DNA of 48,141 nt, from positions 1 to 48,141 of the forward strand of contig CAWVJB010000038.1 of the NCBI GenBank assembly GCA_963929525.1, in the 5' to 3' direction. Below the pieces are notes generated by a model, which saw only the letters and a list, made by a program, of their open reading frames with translations, searched no databases and was not told where the DNA came from. Of the stretch, positions 21,229 to 33,400 are shown one piece after another. The position numbers and the translations under genes are program-made. This DNA is from Bacillota bacterium (GTDB lineage Bacteria; Bacillota; Clostridia; TANB77; CAG-508). Within the stretch, counting starts at the first letter, position 1. Every line of letters starts with the position of its first letter.

Positions 21229-24200
21229 ATGAGAAATAAAATGTTTAAAATTAGTCTAGTGATTTTATTAATTATCACATTAACTATGACGAATTTTATA
21301 TTTTTAGGTTCAAGCCTTATCAGTTATGCAGCAGATACAACAACTCATACGAACCATAAAAATATGGAATTTGATGCCTATTTTAAAGATTCTAATGGGC
21401 AAAAAACTACCACATTAGAAAGAACAGCAGATATGCAAGAAATATCTTTGTATTTGGCTGTTAATGTTCATACAGAGGGATTTTTCGTGGGGCAAATACA
21501 ATTACAAAATGCAAACTTTCACATTGTAAGTTCTGAAAGTGAATTTGTAAGTAACATTTCAGATGATACTATTTACTTAAACCAATTAGATGTTGGAACA
21601 AATGCAGAAATAGAAGTAAAAGTAAAACCAATCGATGATGATGTTATCCATATAGATATGTTAAATTGTCAAAGTGAATTAACATTAACCGGTATTTATA
21701 GAGACAACACAGAAAAAGATATCCATATTGATGCAACTAGAACCGTGAATATGAAATTAGTAGAAACAACTTCAAATGATAGTGTAAAAAATGAAATTGA
21801 AATTATCACAAATAAGAAAATAAAACTATCTGGAGAAGAGAAAAGAGTTGTACAATTATCATTACATATGGGGTTACAAGATAATACCTATCCAATGAAA
21901 GAAATTTATGCAAAAATATCTGTACCAGAAATAAATGGAAATTTACCAGAAGTGATGAGAGATGTTCATCTAAACACAATGTCAGCATTTGATTATAAAT
22001 TTGAAAATGGATATGTAGAAATCACATTAAAAAATGAGAAAACGCAAAATAATGATATATTGTGGAAAAAACAAGGAGAAGAAAATGTTATTTTGACATT
22101 CATTTATGATGCAGATGTAGAATTAGAAAATGTAGAAATTACTTCAGAAGAAAGCATTACATTACAAAATGATAAAATATTAACTTCTAATCACGGAACT
22201 GCTACATTATCTCATGAAGAAATAGATTCAACCATAGAAGTAACAGCTCATAATGCTGAACAAAATATTTATAAAGGAAAACTATATTCTGGAATTGATA
22301 AATCTTATACAAGTCAAACAGTATTAGATGTTAACCTAGCCAATATAGAAGAATATATATCTATAAAAGAAGAAGCAAGTAGATTTATATTAGCTGATGG
22401 AGAAGCAGAAAGCAATATATATTATCATCAAACAAACATTAACAAAAAAGAGTTTGATACCATATTTGGAAAAGATGGAACAATTGCGATTTACAATGAA
22501 AATCGCGAATTATTAACAACCATCACAAGTGATACAGAAGTAGATGAAAATGGAAATATAGTGGTAGATTATACAGGAAGAGAACCAAAAGGAATAGAAA
22601 TAAGAACATCTACTCCTATTGCAGAAGGAAGCATAACTTTTACACATACAAAAACTATAAAAACATCAGATGTCAATATTGTAAAAGCAGCAAATCATAT
22701 TGCAACAAAAATCGTATATGGATATAACCATTATAGTGAAGAAGAATTTACCATAAAAGGAGAACAGTATACAACAGGTATAGAAGCACAAACAGAAATG
22801 ATGATGGAACTTCAAGAAACAACAACAGAAACAAGATTAGAAATTAATAGAAATACATTATCCACTATTGTAGCTAATGATATAGAAATGAAATTGATTT
22901 TAAAAACAGATGAAGAATCAAAAGATTTATATAAAAATCCAAGTTTTACAATAGAATTGCCAGAACAAGTAGAAAATGTGCAAATCAATCGTATCAATGT
23001 GTTATATGAAGATGAATTAACAATTGCAAATTATACAGTTGATGGAAGATATATTACCATTCAAATGCAAGGAGAACAAACAGCATATAAAGCACAATCT
23101 GTAGAAGGAGCAAATATCATTATCCATGCAACAATCCATATTAACAGAACATCTATAGCAAAACCAGAAGCTATCCATGTAACATATACAAACGAAAAAG
23201 CAAATGGTTATGCAAATGGTGAAAACATTGGTAAACTTTCTGAACCAATAGAGGTTGTAGCACCAAAAGATGTTACAGTGATTAACCGTATAGATGCATT
23301 AGATGTAGAAACTATTGGAGAAGAAGAAACCACAAGTGTTAGTTTGCAAAGAGGAACCAATGCAGAACAAATGGAAGTTAGCTTTGAAATCATTAACAAC
23401 AATGAAGAAAATGTCGACAATGTATCTATGTTAGGAACATTCCCTACAAAGACAGAAAAAAACAATATAGATATAGCTATTGTTGAGGGAATCAATATAG
23501 AAAATGGAACCATATATTATACAGAAAACGAAAATGCGACAACAGATTTGCAAAATACAGAAAATGGATGGACAGAAACAATCCAAAATCCAACCACTGT
23601 AAAAAAATATTTAGTAGTCATGGATCAAATTCCTTCAAGAACAGCTGTTAATGGTTCTTATACAATAGAAATACCAGAAAATTTGGAATATAACCAAACA
23701 GCAACAGAAGGCTATGAGGTTAATTATATAAAAGGACAAGCGAAAAGTGAAAACACTGTGACAGCAACAGAAATTTCGATGGAAACAGGAGTGGGACCAA
23801 AGATAGAAACAAATTTAACAGCAGCAGTCGCAGGAGAAGAATTAACAAATACAAGTACTGTAAAAAATGGGGAAGTTATTCAGTATAGAGTACAAGTCTC
23901 TAATGTGGGGTCAGAAGAAGTTAGTCATATTACTGTAAAAGGAAAGATACCAGATGGAACCACTTTAGTAGAACCAATAGATAACTATGAGTATACAGGT
24001 GCTTCTTATTATAAAACCATTGACACAGATACATATGAAACCACAATTGAATCTTTAGCAGTAGGAGATATTACCTATATAGAATATGAGGTAATGGTTA
24101 ATGAAAATCTAGCAAATGGTACATCTATTGCCAATACAGTAGAAATGAATTATTCAGATGTTGTGCAAGAAACAAATGAAGTGAAAGTTTTATCAGAAAG

Positions 24201-26166
24201 TGGAAACTTAAGGGCAATGGTAAAAAGAGTAACAGATAGAAAAGTAGATTTATATGAAGCAGGAACTGTAGAATATTTTGCCATTATTAAAAATACATCA
24301 TCTGAATCCCTAAATCAAGTAACTGTAAAAACAAATAAATCTGAAAACTTAGAAGTTTCAAGATTAACTGTTATTACAGGTATGGGTGAAGACCAAATAT
24401 CAGATGATGACATTTATAACATATCATCACAAGAAACACTTGAAATAAGAGAAGAAACAACACAAACCATTAATGAAAATACACAAACAGAAGAGATAGA
24501 ATATAGTGATGAAATCCATATAGGTACATTAGCACCAGGAGAAATAAAAGTACTAAGTTATAATATGGTTATTCATGAAATGCCAGATAATACAGTAGAC
24601 ACAGTCAATTTCTCAGTAGTGGCATCAGAGGGACAAAAAGAATATAAATCAAATATATGGAAAGATACGGTAAACAGTTTTGATTTAGAAATGACAATGG
24701 AATCTAATACGGAAAGCCAATATGTAAAATCTGGAGATCCGATTACGTATACCATTCATATCAAAAATCATAGTACATCACAAACATCTGGTTTGGTAGT
24801 TAAAGATGAAATTCCTGCATCATTAACCGTCAATCGTGTAACAAAAGATGGAGCAGAAATTCCATTTACCACAAACCATATCGAAATACAAAGTGAAATA
24901 CCAGCAAATGGGGAAAGCACAATCTTAATCGAAACAGTTGTGAATTATTCACAATCTAGGGTAGAAGCAGAATCAATTACCAACAGAGCTGTTGCAACGA
25001 TTTACGGAGAAGAAATCGCAACAACATCTAATGTAAATCACATTATAGAAGCAGATGTGGTAGAAGATACAAATGATTCAAACGAAAATGGGGAAAATCA
25101 GCAAAAACCAGATGAAAATGAACAAAATGGAAATACAGCAAATGGAGAGCAGATGATTAGTGGGTTAGCATGGTTTGATGAAAATGGTAATGGTAGAAAA
25201 GATAATGAAGAAAACACCTTAGAAAATATAACCGTAAAATTGCTAAATGTTAATACAAACCAATGGGTGAAAGATGTAAAAGGAAATATATTAGAAGCCA
25301 AGACAAATGAAAATGGCATGTATGTTCTTGATCATATTGCAAATGGGCAATATATTGCTATATTTGAATATGATACAAATCAATATACATTAACTACATA
25401 TAAAGCAGAAGGAATTAGTGAAGCAGAAAATTCTGATGTTAGATTAAATGAATTATATGTGGAAGGTACAAGACAAAAAGTAGCTTCAACAGATATTGTT
25501 CATATAAATACAAGCAATGTATCAGATATCAATATTGGATTAATTGAATTACAAAACTTTGATTTAAAATTAGATAAATATGTTAGTAGGATATTGGTTC
25601 AAAATTCTGCTGGAACAACGACAAGAGAATATAACCAAGCTACCATGGCAAAAATCGAAATAGATGCAAAACAAATGAATGGTTCAAATGTCATTATTGA
25701 ATATCAAATTGTGGTAACTAATGTAGGAGAGGTAGCAGGATATGCTAGAAATATCGTAGATTATTTACCAAATGACTTAACATTTCGTTCAGAACTAAAT
25801 AAAGATTGGTATGAAAAGGATAATGCATTATATACATCTGTATTAAGTAATGACATCATCCAGCCAGGTGAATCAAGAACTATTACTTTAACTTTAACAA
25901 AAACAATGGGTGAAGATAATCTAGTTACCAGAAATAATGCAGAAATTTATGAGGCATATAATGATTTAGGACTAGAAGATGGAAACTCAACACCAGGAAA
26001 CCATGTCAGTGGTGAAAATGATATGGGTTCAGCAGATGTGATTGTTAGCGTTAGAACAGGTGGTGTTATCTATATAACCATCGGTGTGATTTTAGCAATT
26101 ATACTATTTACAGGAATTGCTACAGGAATCATTATAAAAAGAAAAAATGCAAAAGAGAAAAATTAA
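21229..26166 (+). CDS. Giant secreted surface protein, type A1 (DUF11-like repeats, SdrD B-like domain, C-terminal TM anchor)
   Basis: ATG 21229 after GGGAGG; signal peptide ending ISYA; VKNGEVIQYRVQVSNVG and VKSGDPITYTIHIKN repeats; ISGLAWFDENGNG; VRTGG-TM-KRK tail. Confidence 0.8.
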   Translation: MRNKMFKISLVILLIITLTMTNFIFLGSSLISYAADTTTHTNHKNMEFDAYFKDSNGQKTTTLERTADMQEISLYLAVNVHTEGFFVGQIQLQNANFHIVSSESEFVSNISDDTIYLNQLDVGTNAEIEVKVKPIDDDVIHIDMLNCQSELTLTGIYRDNTEKDIHIDATRTVNMKLVETTSNDSVKNEIEIITNKKIKLSGEEKRVVQLSLHMGLQDNTYPMKEIYAKISVPEINGNLPEVMRDVHLNTMSAFDYKFENGYVEITLKNEKTQNNDILWKKQGEENVILTFIYDADVELENVEITSEESITLQNDKILTSNHGTATLSHEEIDSTIEVTAHNAEQNIYKGKLYSGIDKSYTSQTVLDVNLANIEEYISIKEEASRFILADGEAESNIYYHQTNINKKEFDTIFGKDGTIAIYNENRELLTTITSDTEVDENGNIVVDYTGREPKGIEIRTSTPIAEGSITFTHTKTIKTSDVNIVKAANHIATKIVYGYNHYSEEEFTIKGEQYTTGIEAQTEMMMELQETTTETRLEINRNTLSTIVANDIEMKLILKTDEESKDLYKNPSFTIELPEQVENVQINRINVLYEDELTIANYTVDGRYITIQMQGEQTAYKAQSVEGANIIIHATIHINRTSIAKPEAIHVTYTNEKANGYANGENIGKLSEPIEVVAPKDVTVINRIDALDVETIGEEETTSVSLQRGTNAEQMEVSFEIINNNEENVDNVSMLGTFPTKTEKNNIDIAIVEGINIENGTIYYTENENATTDLQNTENGWTETIQNPTTVKKYLVVMDQIPSRTAVNGSYTIEIPENLEYNQTATEGYEVNYIKGQAKSENTVTATEISMETGVGPKIETNLTAAVAGEELTNTSTVKNGEVIQYRVQVSNVGSEEVSHITVKGKIPDGTTLVEPIDNYEYTGASYYKTIDTDTYETTIESLAVGDITYIEYEVMVNENLANGTSIANTVEMNYSDVVQETNEVKVLSESGNLRAMVKRVTDRKVDLYEAGTVEYFAIIKNTSSESLNQVTVKTNKSENLEVSRLTVITGMGEDQISDDDIYNISSQETLEIREETTQTINENTQTEEIEYSDEIHIGTLAPGEIKVLSYNMVIHEMPDNTVDTVNFSVVASEGQKEYKSNIWKDTVNSFDLEMTMESNTESQYVKSGDPITYTIHIKNHSTSQTSGLVVKDEIPASLTVNRVTKDGAEIPFTTNHIEIQSEIPANGESTILIETVVNYSQSRVEAESITNRAVATIYGEEIATTSNVNHIIEADVVEDTNDSNENGENQQKPDENEQNGNTANGEQMISGLAWFDENGNGRKDNEENTLENITVKLLNVNTNQWVKDVKGNILEAKTNENGMYVLDHIANGQYIAIFEYDTNQYTLTTYKAEGISEAENSDVRLNELYVEGTRQKVASTDIVHINTSNVSDINIGLIELQNFDLKLDKYVSRILVQNSAGTTTREYNQATMAKIEIDAKQMNGSNVIIEYQIVVTNVGEVAGYARNIVDYLPNDLTFRSELNKDWYEKDNALYTSVLSNDIIQPGESRTITLTLTKTMGEDNLVTRNNAEIYEAYNDLGLEDGNSTPGNHVSGENDMGSADVIVSVRTGGVIYITIGVILAIILFTGIATGIIIKRKNAKEKN

Positions 26167-26186
26167 AGAGGAAAGGAGGTAAAAAA

Positions 26187-29100
26187 ATGAGGAAAATAAA
26201 GAAAATACTTATTGGGATGATTGTAATGGCAATTTTCATATTTGCCTATGCAACAATAGCAAATGCAGCATATAGCATTGGTCAAAGAGTTATTATTACC
26301 TATAGTGATTATGCAAGTGATCCCAATTTGTATTGTGTAGAGCATGAACAAGCTTTAAAAGGAACATTAACATACAAAGTTATTTCAGAAGTTGATATCA
26401 GAGGAAATACTTCTACAGATTATACAGGTAAAAGTATAGAAAGCTGGTATAATGCCAAATTGGCACATATATTATCAGCAGACAATGGTGGAGACAAACA
26501 AGCAGGACCAGTGCAAAATGCAATTTGGAATTTTATGTACACATGGATGAAAAATGTAGGACAATATCATGCAGGCTTATATGACGGATTTGCCAGTACA
26601 GCACCAGGAAATAGTTCTTATTTAGATTCCACATCTTCAGATTATGCAAATGAGATAGCAAACATAGAATTAACAGACAATACAAATAAATCTGCACTTA
26701 CTGTACAATCAGATGGAAATTCCATCAAAATAGGACCATTTAATTGGAGCTTTTCAGGAAGTTTACATACGATTGTTGTAAAAGATCAAAATGGAAATCC
26801 TGTCAATGGTATTACATTTAGTACTTATACAGGAACCACGACAAATGTCATAGGGATTGGAGAAATACAATCTGGAAAAGATTTCTACATTTCTATTCCT
26901 GTTAGTAGTGGAATTAGTAGAATTACAACAATTTCTGCTAGTGGTAGTGTACAAGTGAAAGGTGTTAAAATCTGGTTCTTAGAATCACAAAGTGGATATA
27001 ATTTTCAAAACTTAATAGCGAGAGAACCATATCAAACACCATATAACTATGAAACAGAATTTGAATATAATATTGATTTATTAGGAAATTTAAAAGTAAT
27101 TAAAGTCAATGAAGATAACCACGAAATTCGACTACAAGGTGTTGGATTTAAAATTCAAAACAAAGATACAGGCTTATATGTACACGAAGATGAAAATGGT
27201 GTTATCACATATGTAGAAGAAAGTCAAGCAACAGAATTTATAACAGATAGCAATGGAGAAATTTTAATAGAAAATCTAATTGTAGGAACATATGTAGCCT
27301 ATGAAACGCAAAATCCAAATTATGGTTATGAATTTGCTGGAGAAGGCGTAGAATATGAAGTCGTTGTCAATAAAACTTCAGAATATATAAGAGGGAATAA
27401 ACAAATCTATGTAAAACTTTCAGGATATGTATGGCTAGATAAAACTTCTGGAAAACAATCCTTAAGAAATAGTTTATATAGAGATGACTTAAATGATGAT
27501 ACAGATGAATTATTAGAAGATGTGATTGTTAGATTAATTGATAGAAGAACAGGCGAAATTGTAAAAAATGACAATGGAGAAGACTTTTATGCATTAACAA
27601 AAGAAATAGATTTAGGAGATCAAGTGATTCGATATTATCAATTTGTAGATGTTAGAATTAATGATTTAGCAAATTACTATATAGAATTTGAATATGATGG
27701 ATTAACCTATTCAAATGTAACACCACATATTGATAAAGATAATGGTTCAAAAGCTGCAGAAAATCCAAATGAGAGAGACCAATTTAATAAAGGATTTAGT
27801 AGAATTGAAGGTACTTCTGAAACAACAGGTGTAGCATTAGACGAAAATGGAAATGTAGCACATGAATTACATTATCATAAAGATGCAGAGCAACATAAGT
27901 CAACTTTCATTAATGAAGGTTTACCAGTTGGACAATATCCAATCACTGCTAATACAGATGAAACTGACTATACCATCAGAGATCACTTTGAATATGGTAT
28001 GGAAGAGATACCATATATCAATTTAGGATTATATGAAAGAGAACAGCCAGATTTAGCAGTTATAAAAGATATGCAAAATGTAAGACTTGCTATTAATGGA
28101 TATCAACATATTTACGAGTATGGAAAACGATTTGAGAATTTAGAAGCACAAGAAGCAGATGGAGATTATAGTGATACTGCATTTAATGTGGGTGTTAAAT
28201 TTGCAAGTGAATATGTAGATAATTCTTACACAAGAGCCATTTATAAAGCAGATTATGAATATGTAAATGAAGAAGATAGTAGTAAAGAATTAAAAGTATA
28301 TATCACATATAGAATTGGTGTAATGAATGAATCAAGTAATTTAATTACACAAGTAAACAACTTAGTAGACTACTTTGATAGAAGATATACCATTGTTGCA
28401 ATAGGTACAGGAATTGACCAAGAAGGTATTATTACTGGAAATATTGATTATACTGAAGAAGACTATAATGCAGAATACAAACAAGCTATTATCTATACTA
28501 ATTCAAGAATAGAATCTGGAAAAACAAATGAATTCTATATGCAATTTGAATTGAGTAGAGAAGCTGTTTTAGAAATTTTAAATGGTAGAGAAACATTAGA
28601 CAATGTTGTAGAAATTGCTTCATATTCAACATTTGATAAAAATGGAAGCGTGTATGCAGGTATAGATGTAGATTCTAACCCAGGAAATGCAAAACCAAGT
28701 TATTTAAATACATATGAAGATGATACAGATCAAAGTCCATCTTTACAATTAGAAGTTGCAGATGCAAGAGAAATTACTGGTAAAGTATTCTTAGATGAAA
28801 CATCAGATACATTAATGACAGGACAAATTAGACAAGGTAGTGGTCAGTATGAAGAAGGAGAACTTGGAATACCAGGTGTAGAAGTAAAACTTACGGAAAA
28901 CACAGGAACAGGACTTATCTATACAGCAACCACAGATGATAATGGAGATTTCTATATTTCTGATTTCATACCAGGAGATTATACATTAACATATACTTGG
29001 GGAGATGAAACATATACTGTACAAAATTATAAAGGAACCGTATATGATAAAGAAAGATATGATGCCAATATGGCAAATAAAGAATGGTATAAAACAGATG

Positions 29101-30146
29101 TAGAAACCAGATGGACAGATGCAATAGATAATTATGATACAAGATTGGCAATTGATGCAGAATTAAATGAAATTACAAATGCAACAGAAACAACCATTGA
29201 CAAGATGGATTCTACAACACCAACAATGGGAATTGGTGTAGAATATGACACAACATATACGGCATCTTATGGAGATAGATATGTATATAGAATCCAAAAT
29301 GTAGACTTTGGTATTGTGGAAAGAGCAAGGCAAGATATTTCATTAAATAAAAGAGTAAAAACAATGAGAGTTACTTTAGCTAATGGTTCAACTTTAGTAG
29401 ATGTAGAAATAACCGAAGATGGTAAATTGGAAGGACAAAAAGCAAATGTTATCTATTTACCACCATCTCCAAATACAATACCAGTCAATGGAATGGTAAG
29501 AGTAGAATTAGATAGTGAGCTAATACAAGGATCAACATTAGAAGTGGGATATGAAATTAAAGCAACCAATAGTAGTGAATTAGAATATATGTCAGAAAAT
29601 TATTATACATTTGGTATCATCGAAGGAGATGTTGTAACAATTACCCCATCTGCCATTGTAGATTACTTAGATGTTGATTGGGGGTATGATGCAACCAAAA
29701 ATCCAGAATGGGAAGTTATCAGAAAAGACGATAGTAGAATTACTTTAGCAGAAGAAGTTATGAATTCAACTTCAATTGATGATAGAATCTTATTATATAC
29801 AGAAGCATTAGCAGGACATGCATTACAACCAACAGAAAGTGCAACGGTTATGTTAAATGTATCTAAACTATTGTCATCATCAGACAGTATTGAATTAGAT
29901 AATGAAACAGAAATTAATAAAATTGAAAAACCTAGTGGAGCAAAATTGACATCAACACCAGGAAACTATGTGCCAGGTACAGGTCCAGCAGTAGAACGTG
30001 ATGACGATATGGCAGAAACTGTTTTGATTACACCAAACACAGGTAGAAATTTAAACTATGTATTACCAACGATGATGATTATAGGTGCGATTGTGATTCT
30101 TGGTATAGGTATTGTGTGGATTAAAAAGAAAGTTTTAAGAAAATAA
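26187..30146 (+). CDS. Giant surface adhesin, type B1 (thioester-domain-like N-terminus, SpaA/CnaB-like and SdrD B-like domains, TPNTG-TM-KKK tail)
   Basis: AGGAGG RBS; LYCVEH, VQNAIW, FQNLI; GNLKVIKV...TDSNGEI-IENL-VGTY-AYETQ; LSGYVWLD and ITGKVFLD. Confidence 0.8.
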   Translation: MRKIKKILIGMIVMAIFIFAYATIANAAYSIGQRVIITYSDYASDPNLYCVEHEQALKGTLTYKVISEVDIRGNTSTDYTGKSIESWYNAKLAHILSADNGGDKQAGPVQNAIWNFMYTWMKNVGQYHAGLYDGFASTAPGNSSYLDSTSSDYANEIANIELTDNTNKSALTVQSDGNSIKIGPFNWSFSGSLHTIVVKDQNGNPVNGITFSTYTGTTTNVIGIGEIQSGKDFYISIPVSSGISRITTISASGSVQVKGVKIWFLESQSGYNFQNLIAREPYQTPYNYETEFEYNIDLLGNLKVIKVNEDNHEIRLQGVGFKIQNKDTGLYVHEDENGVITYVEESQATEFITDSNGEILIENLIVGTYVAYETQNPNYGYEFAGEGVEYEVVVNKTSEYIRGNKQIYVKLSGYVWLDKTSGKQSLRNSLYRDDLNDDTDELLEDVIVRLIDRRTGEIVKNDNGEDFYALTKEIDLGDQVIRYYQFVDVRINDLANYYIEFEYDGLTYSNVTPHIDKDNGSKAAENPNERDQFNKGFSRIEGTSETTGVALDENGNVAHELHYHKDAEQHKSTFINEGLPVGQYPITANTDETDYTIRDHFEYGMEEIPYINLGLYEREQPDLAVIKDMQNVRLAINGYQHIYEYGKRFENLEAQEADGDYSDTAFNVGVKFASEYVDNSYTRAIYKADYEYVNEEDSSKELKVYITYRIGVMNESSNLITQVNNLVDYFDRRYTIVAIGTGIDQEGIITGNIDYTEEDYNAEYKQAIIYTNSRIESGKTNEFYMQFELSREAVLEILNGRETLDNVVEIASYSTFDKNGSVYAGIDVDSNPGNAKPSYLNTYEDDTDQSPSLQLEVADAREITGKVFLDETSDTLMTGQIRQGSGQYEEGELGIPGVEVKLTENTGTGLIYTATTDDNGDFYISDFIPGDYTLTYTWGDETYTVQNYKGTVYDKERYDANMANKEWYKTDVETRWTDAIDNYDTRLAIDAELNEITNATETTIDKMDSTTPTMGIGVEYDTTYTASYGDRYVYRIQNVDFGIVERARQDISLNKRVKTMRVTLANGSTLVDVEITEDGKLEGQKANVIYLPPSPNTIPVNGMVRVELDSELIQGSTLEVGYEIKATNSSELEYMSENYYTFGIIEGDVVTITPSAIVDYLDVDWGYDATKNPEWEVIRKDDSRITLAEEVMNSTSIDDRILLYTEALAGHALQPTESATVMLNVSKLLSSSDSIELDNETEINKIEKPSGAKLTSTPGNYVPGTGPAVERDDDMAETVLITPNTGRNLNYVLPTMMIIGAIVILGIGIVWIKKKVLRK

Positions 30147-30199
30147 TACGAAAAAAAATAAAATTGCATTTGTTTGTAACATTTGCGGATTGGCTCTTT

Positions 30200-30232
30200 A
30201 AGACCATTTGGAATATATCCAAATGGTCTTTT
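30200..30232 (+). terminator. Intrinsic terminator of operon 1
   Basis: AAGACCATTTGGA-ATATA-TCCAAATGGTCTT-TT. Confidence 0.75.
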
Positions 30233-30267
30233 CGTGGTATAGGAAAATTGCTTTTCCTATACCATGA
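30232..30267. repeat. TGGTATAGGA hairpin element, family 3, copy 1
   Basis: TGGTATAGGAAAA-TTGC-TTTTCCTATACCA; near-identical hairpin at 47968-48012. Confidence 0.8.
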
Positions 30268-30394
30268 AAAAACAATTTGTAATATAAATGTCATCAAATT
30301 TTAATATAAAATGTCGTAAAGATAAAAAAGTGACGATCCGTAAAGGGATAAAGATAGAATTTTGTCATAAAAAAGAAACTGGAAAAATTAACAA

Positions 30395-30423
30395 TTGACA
30401 TGGCTTTTGAAAATTCCTATTAT
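30395..30423 (+). promoter_or_regulatory. Putative sigmaA promoter of surface-protein operon 2
   Basis: TTGACA-17 nt-TATTAT. Confidence 0.65.
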
Positions 30424-30488
30424 ATTAATAGATACATAGACAATTTTTTAGCATGGCAGAATTATCAAATCTCAGGAGGGGATCTCAT

Positions 30489-33400
30489 ATGGTCAAAAAA
30501 ATCTTAAAAAGCATGACAAGTATGTTAATTGTATTAACAATGATTATGGGACAGGTTGTTTTCATATTCACAAATGCAATTACGTATGCAGCAGATGCTA
30601 CAGGAGCAATAACCACCAATAACAAAAACGTGGAATTCTCAGCAGTCGTACAAAAAGAAGATGGTAGAGAAGCAAGAGAAATGGAAGTTGCTACCAACGA
30701 AGACAATCTAAAATTACACATGCAAGTAACTGTAAAAGAGGAAGGTTATTTTACAGGAACTATTGTATTAGATACAGCAAATTTTAGATTAAAGACAGAT
30801 ATTTTAAGTGAAGGAATAACTAAAATAGAAGGTAATACCATTACATTATCTCAAATCAATGCGGGAGAAACAAGAGACATATTTGTTGGAATAGAGATCA
30901 TTCGAGAAGAAGTATTTGATTTGAGTTTATTAAACATGGAAAGTCAAATTCATATAAATGGAATATATAGAGATAGTAGTGAAAAAGATATTCAAATAGA
31001 AGGAACCAGAGAAATCAAATTAACATATATAAGTCCATATCACCAAGATAATAATGGAAATATATTAAAGCAAGAAATGATTACTAATAAAGTCATCACA
31101 GAAAATGGAATCAACAAAAGAATCATTCAAATGGAAGTAGAATCTGGTTTAGAAGGTAATTTATATCCAATACAAGAAGAGAAGATGGAAATAGAGATCC
31201 CTAAGGTAGAAGAAAAACTTCCAGAGCGTGTAGAAGTACATACCATGAAAGAATTAGTGACAAATGGAAAGACATTACAGGAAAATGATTGGGAGTATCA
31301 AGCAGAAGAGGGAAAAGTCGTTATAGATATAAAAAATGAAGCTAATCAAAATAAAGTCATTTGGAAAAATAATGGAACAAATAAAATACTTATAACCTAT
31401 ATTTATGATACAGAAATGGAAGTTGAGTCACAAGAAGTTGGATTACATTCAGAAAAGATATTATATGACCCTAATCATACAGTCATAACAGGAGATTTTC
31501 AACAAACTATGATTCAAGAAGAATTGGATAATATCATAAGATTAGAAGTACAAAATCGCGAAAATGATATTTATAAAGGAAAAATACAAGAAGGTATCGA
31601 AAGAGAATTTACAGAAGAAATAGGAGTACAAATAACAGCAAAAGAGATAACCAATACAATACAAATAGAAGAAGATAACAGTGAATTACATTTACAAAAT
31701 GTATATGCAAGAAAGACAGTACTTAATAAAGAAGAAATAAATACTATATTAGGAGAAACAGGAACGATTTTAATATATAATGCAGATACTTTAGAAACGA
31801 TTGCAACGATTCAGCAAAATACAAAAACAGATGAAAATGGAAATATTTTATCAGCAGAAGAAGCAGAGGCAATGGAATCAACGGAAACCGAAAAAACAAG
31901 TAATTACATAGTTATTACTTATCCAGAAAATATAGCAAGAGTTGGCTTACAAATAGAAAATCCACAAAATGCTGGTAGTTTTAAAATAGAAAATACAAAA
32001 GTTATTACAGGAAATACAAAAGAAAATGTACAATCCGTAGAAAATATGAATTATATCGTTGGTGGAAAATATTTTATTGGTGAACAAGAAAATATGATTC
32101 AAAGCAAAATGGCAACGATTCAATTAATCAATACAGAGACAGTAGCAAAATTAGAAGTCAATAAAACAGAATTATCTACGATGACAGAAAATACAGGAGT
32201 AGAAATACGAGTTGTATTACAAAGTAATCATGAGAAGTATGATTTATATAAAAATCCAACAATCAGTATTCAATTACCTAATGTTGTACAAGGAATTTCT
32301 GTAAATTCAGTTAATTTACTATATGCAGAAGATGAATTCCAAATTGTTAACCCAGAATTTAGTCAAGAAAAAAGAATTATTAGAATGACATTAGAGGGTG
32401 AACAAAAAGAATATGAAGAAGAGGCAGTAGAAGGACCAACCATTATCATTAATGCAAACTTGACATTAGATAAAAAAGCACCAAATAGTACAGAAAAAAT
32501 TCTGTTACAGTATTCAAATGAAAAAGCAACTACATATGAAATGGGTGCACAAACTGGTGAAAAAACAGTAGATATACCAGTAAAATCTTATACAGGATTA
32601 ATTACTGTAACAGATATACCAGAATATGGTATTAATGCTGTTAATAATCAAGGTACAAAAAGTGGAAAAATAGAATTGGGTTCAGAGGCTAAAAGTGCAA
32701 CATTTGAGGGAGAAATTATTAATAATCATGAAACACCAATCACAGATGTAAAAATTATGGGAACTTATCCTACAAAAGAAGCTAATGAAGGAAATAATAT
32801 AGATGCACAAGTTGGAGAAATTTCTGGGGTGGATTTATCAAAAGCAAAAGTATATTATACGGATAATCAACAAGCAACAGATGATATAGGAGATACAAAT
32901 AATGGTTGGACAGAACAATTTACAAATCCATCAGATGTAAAAAAGTATTTAATTCAGATTGATACATTAGATATAAAAGAAGAAATCAATTATCAGTATA
33001 TGATGGAAATACCAGAAAATCTTGAGTATAATTATACTGCTAAACAAGGATATGAAGTAAATTATTTAGATATCAATTCTATGGAACAAACGATTAATCA
33101 AGATGAAGTTGTGTTAGAAACAGGAGCAGGTCCAGTTGTTGAAACAACACTAAAGGCATTTAATGGACCAGAAGAAGTAACAGATTCTATAAAAGGTGGA
33201 AGTTATTTAACATATCAAATACAGGTGACTAATACAGGAACAGAAGAAGCTACAAATATATCTTTAGTAGGACAAGTACCAGAAGGAACGGTTTATGTGG
33301 AAGATGTAGTTATAGAAGAAGGAAGTGAAACATCTGGAGAAGATAGTATCATTGACGGTGAAACAGAAAATAGTGAAACAGGATTAATTGAGCATCCAGA

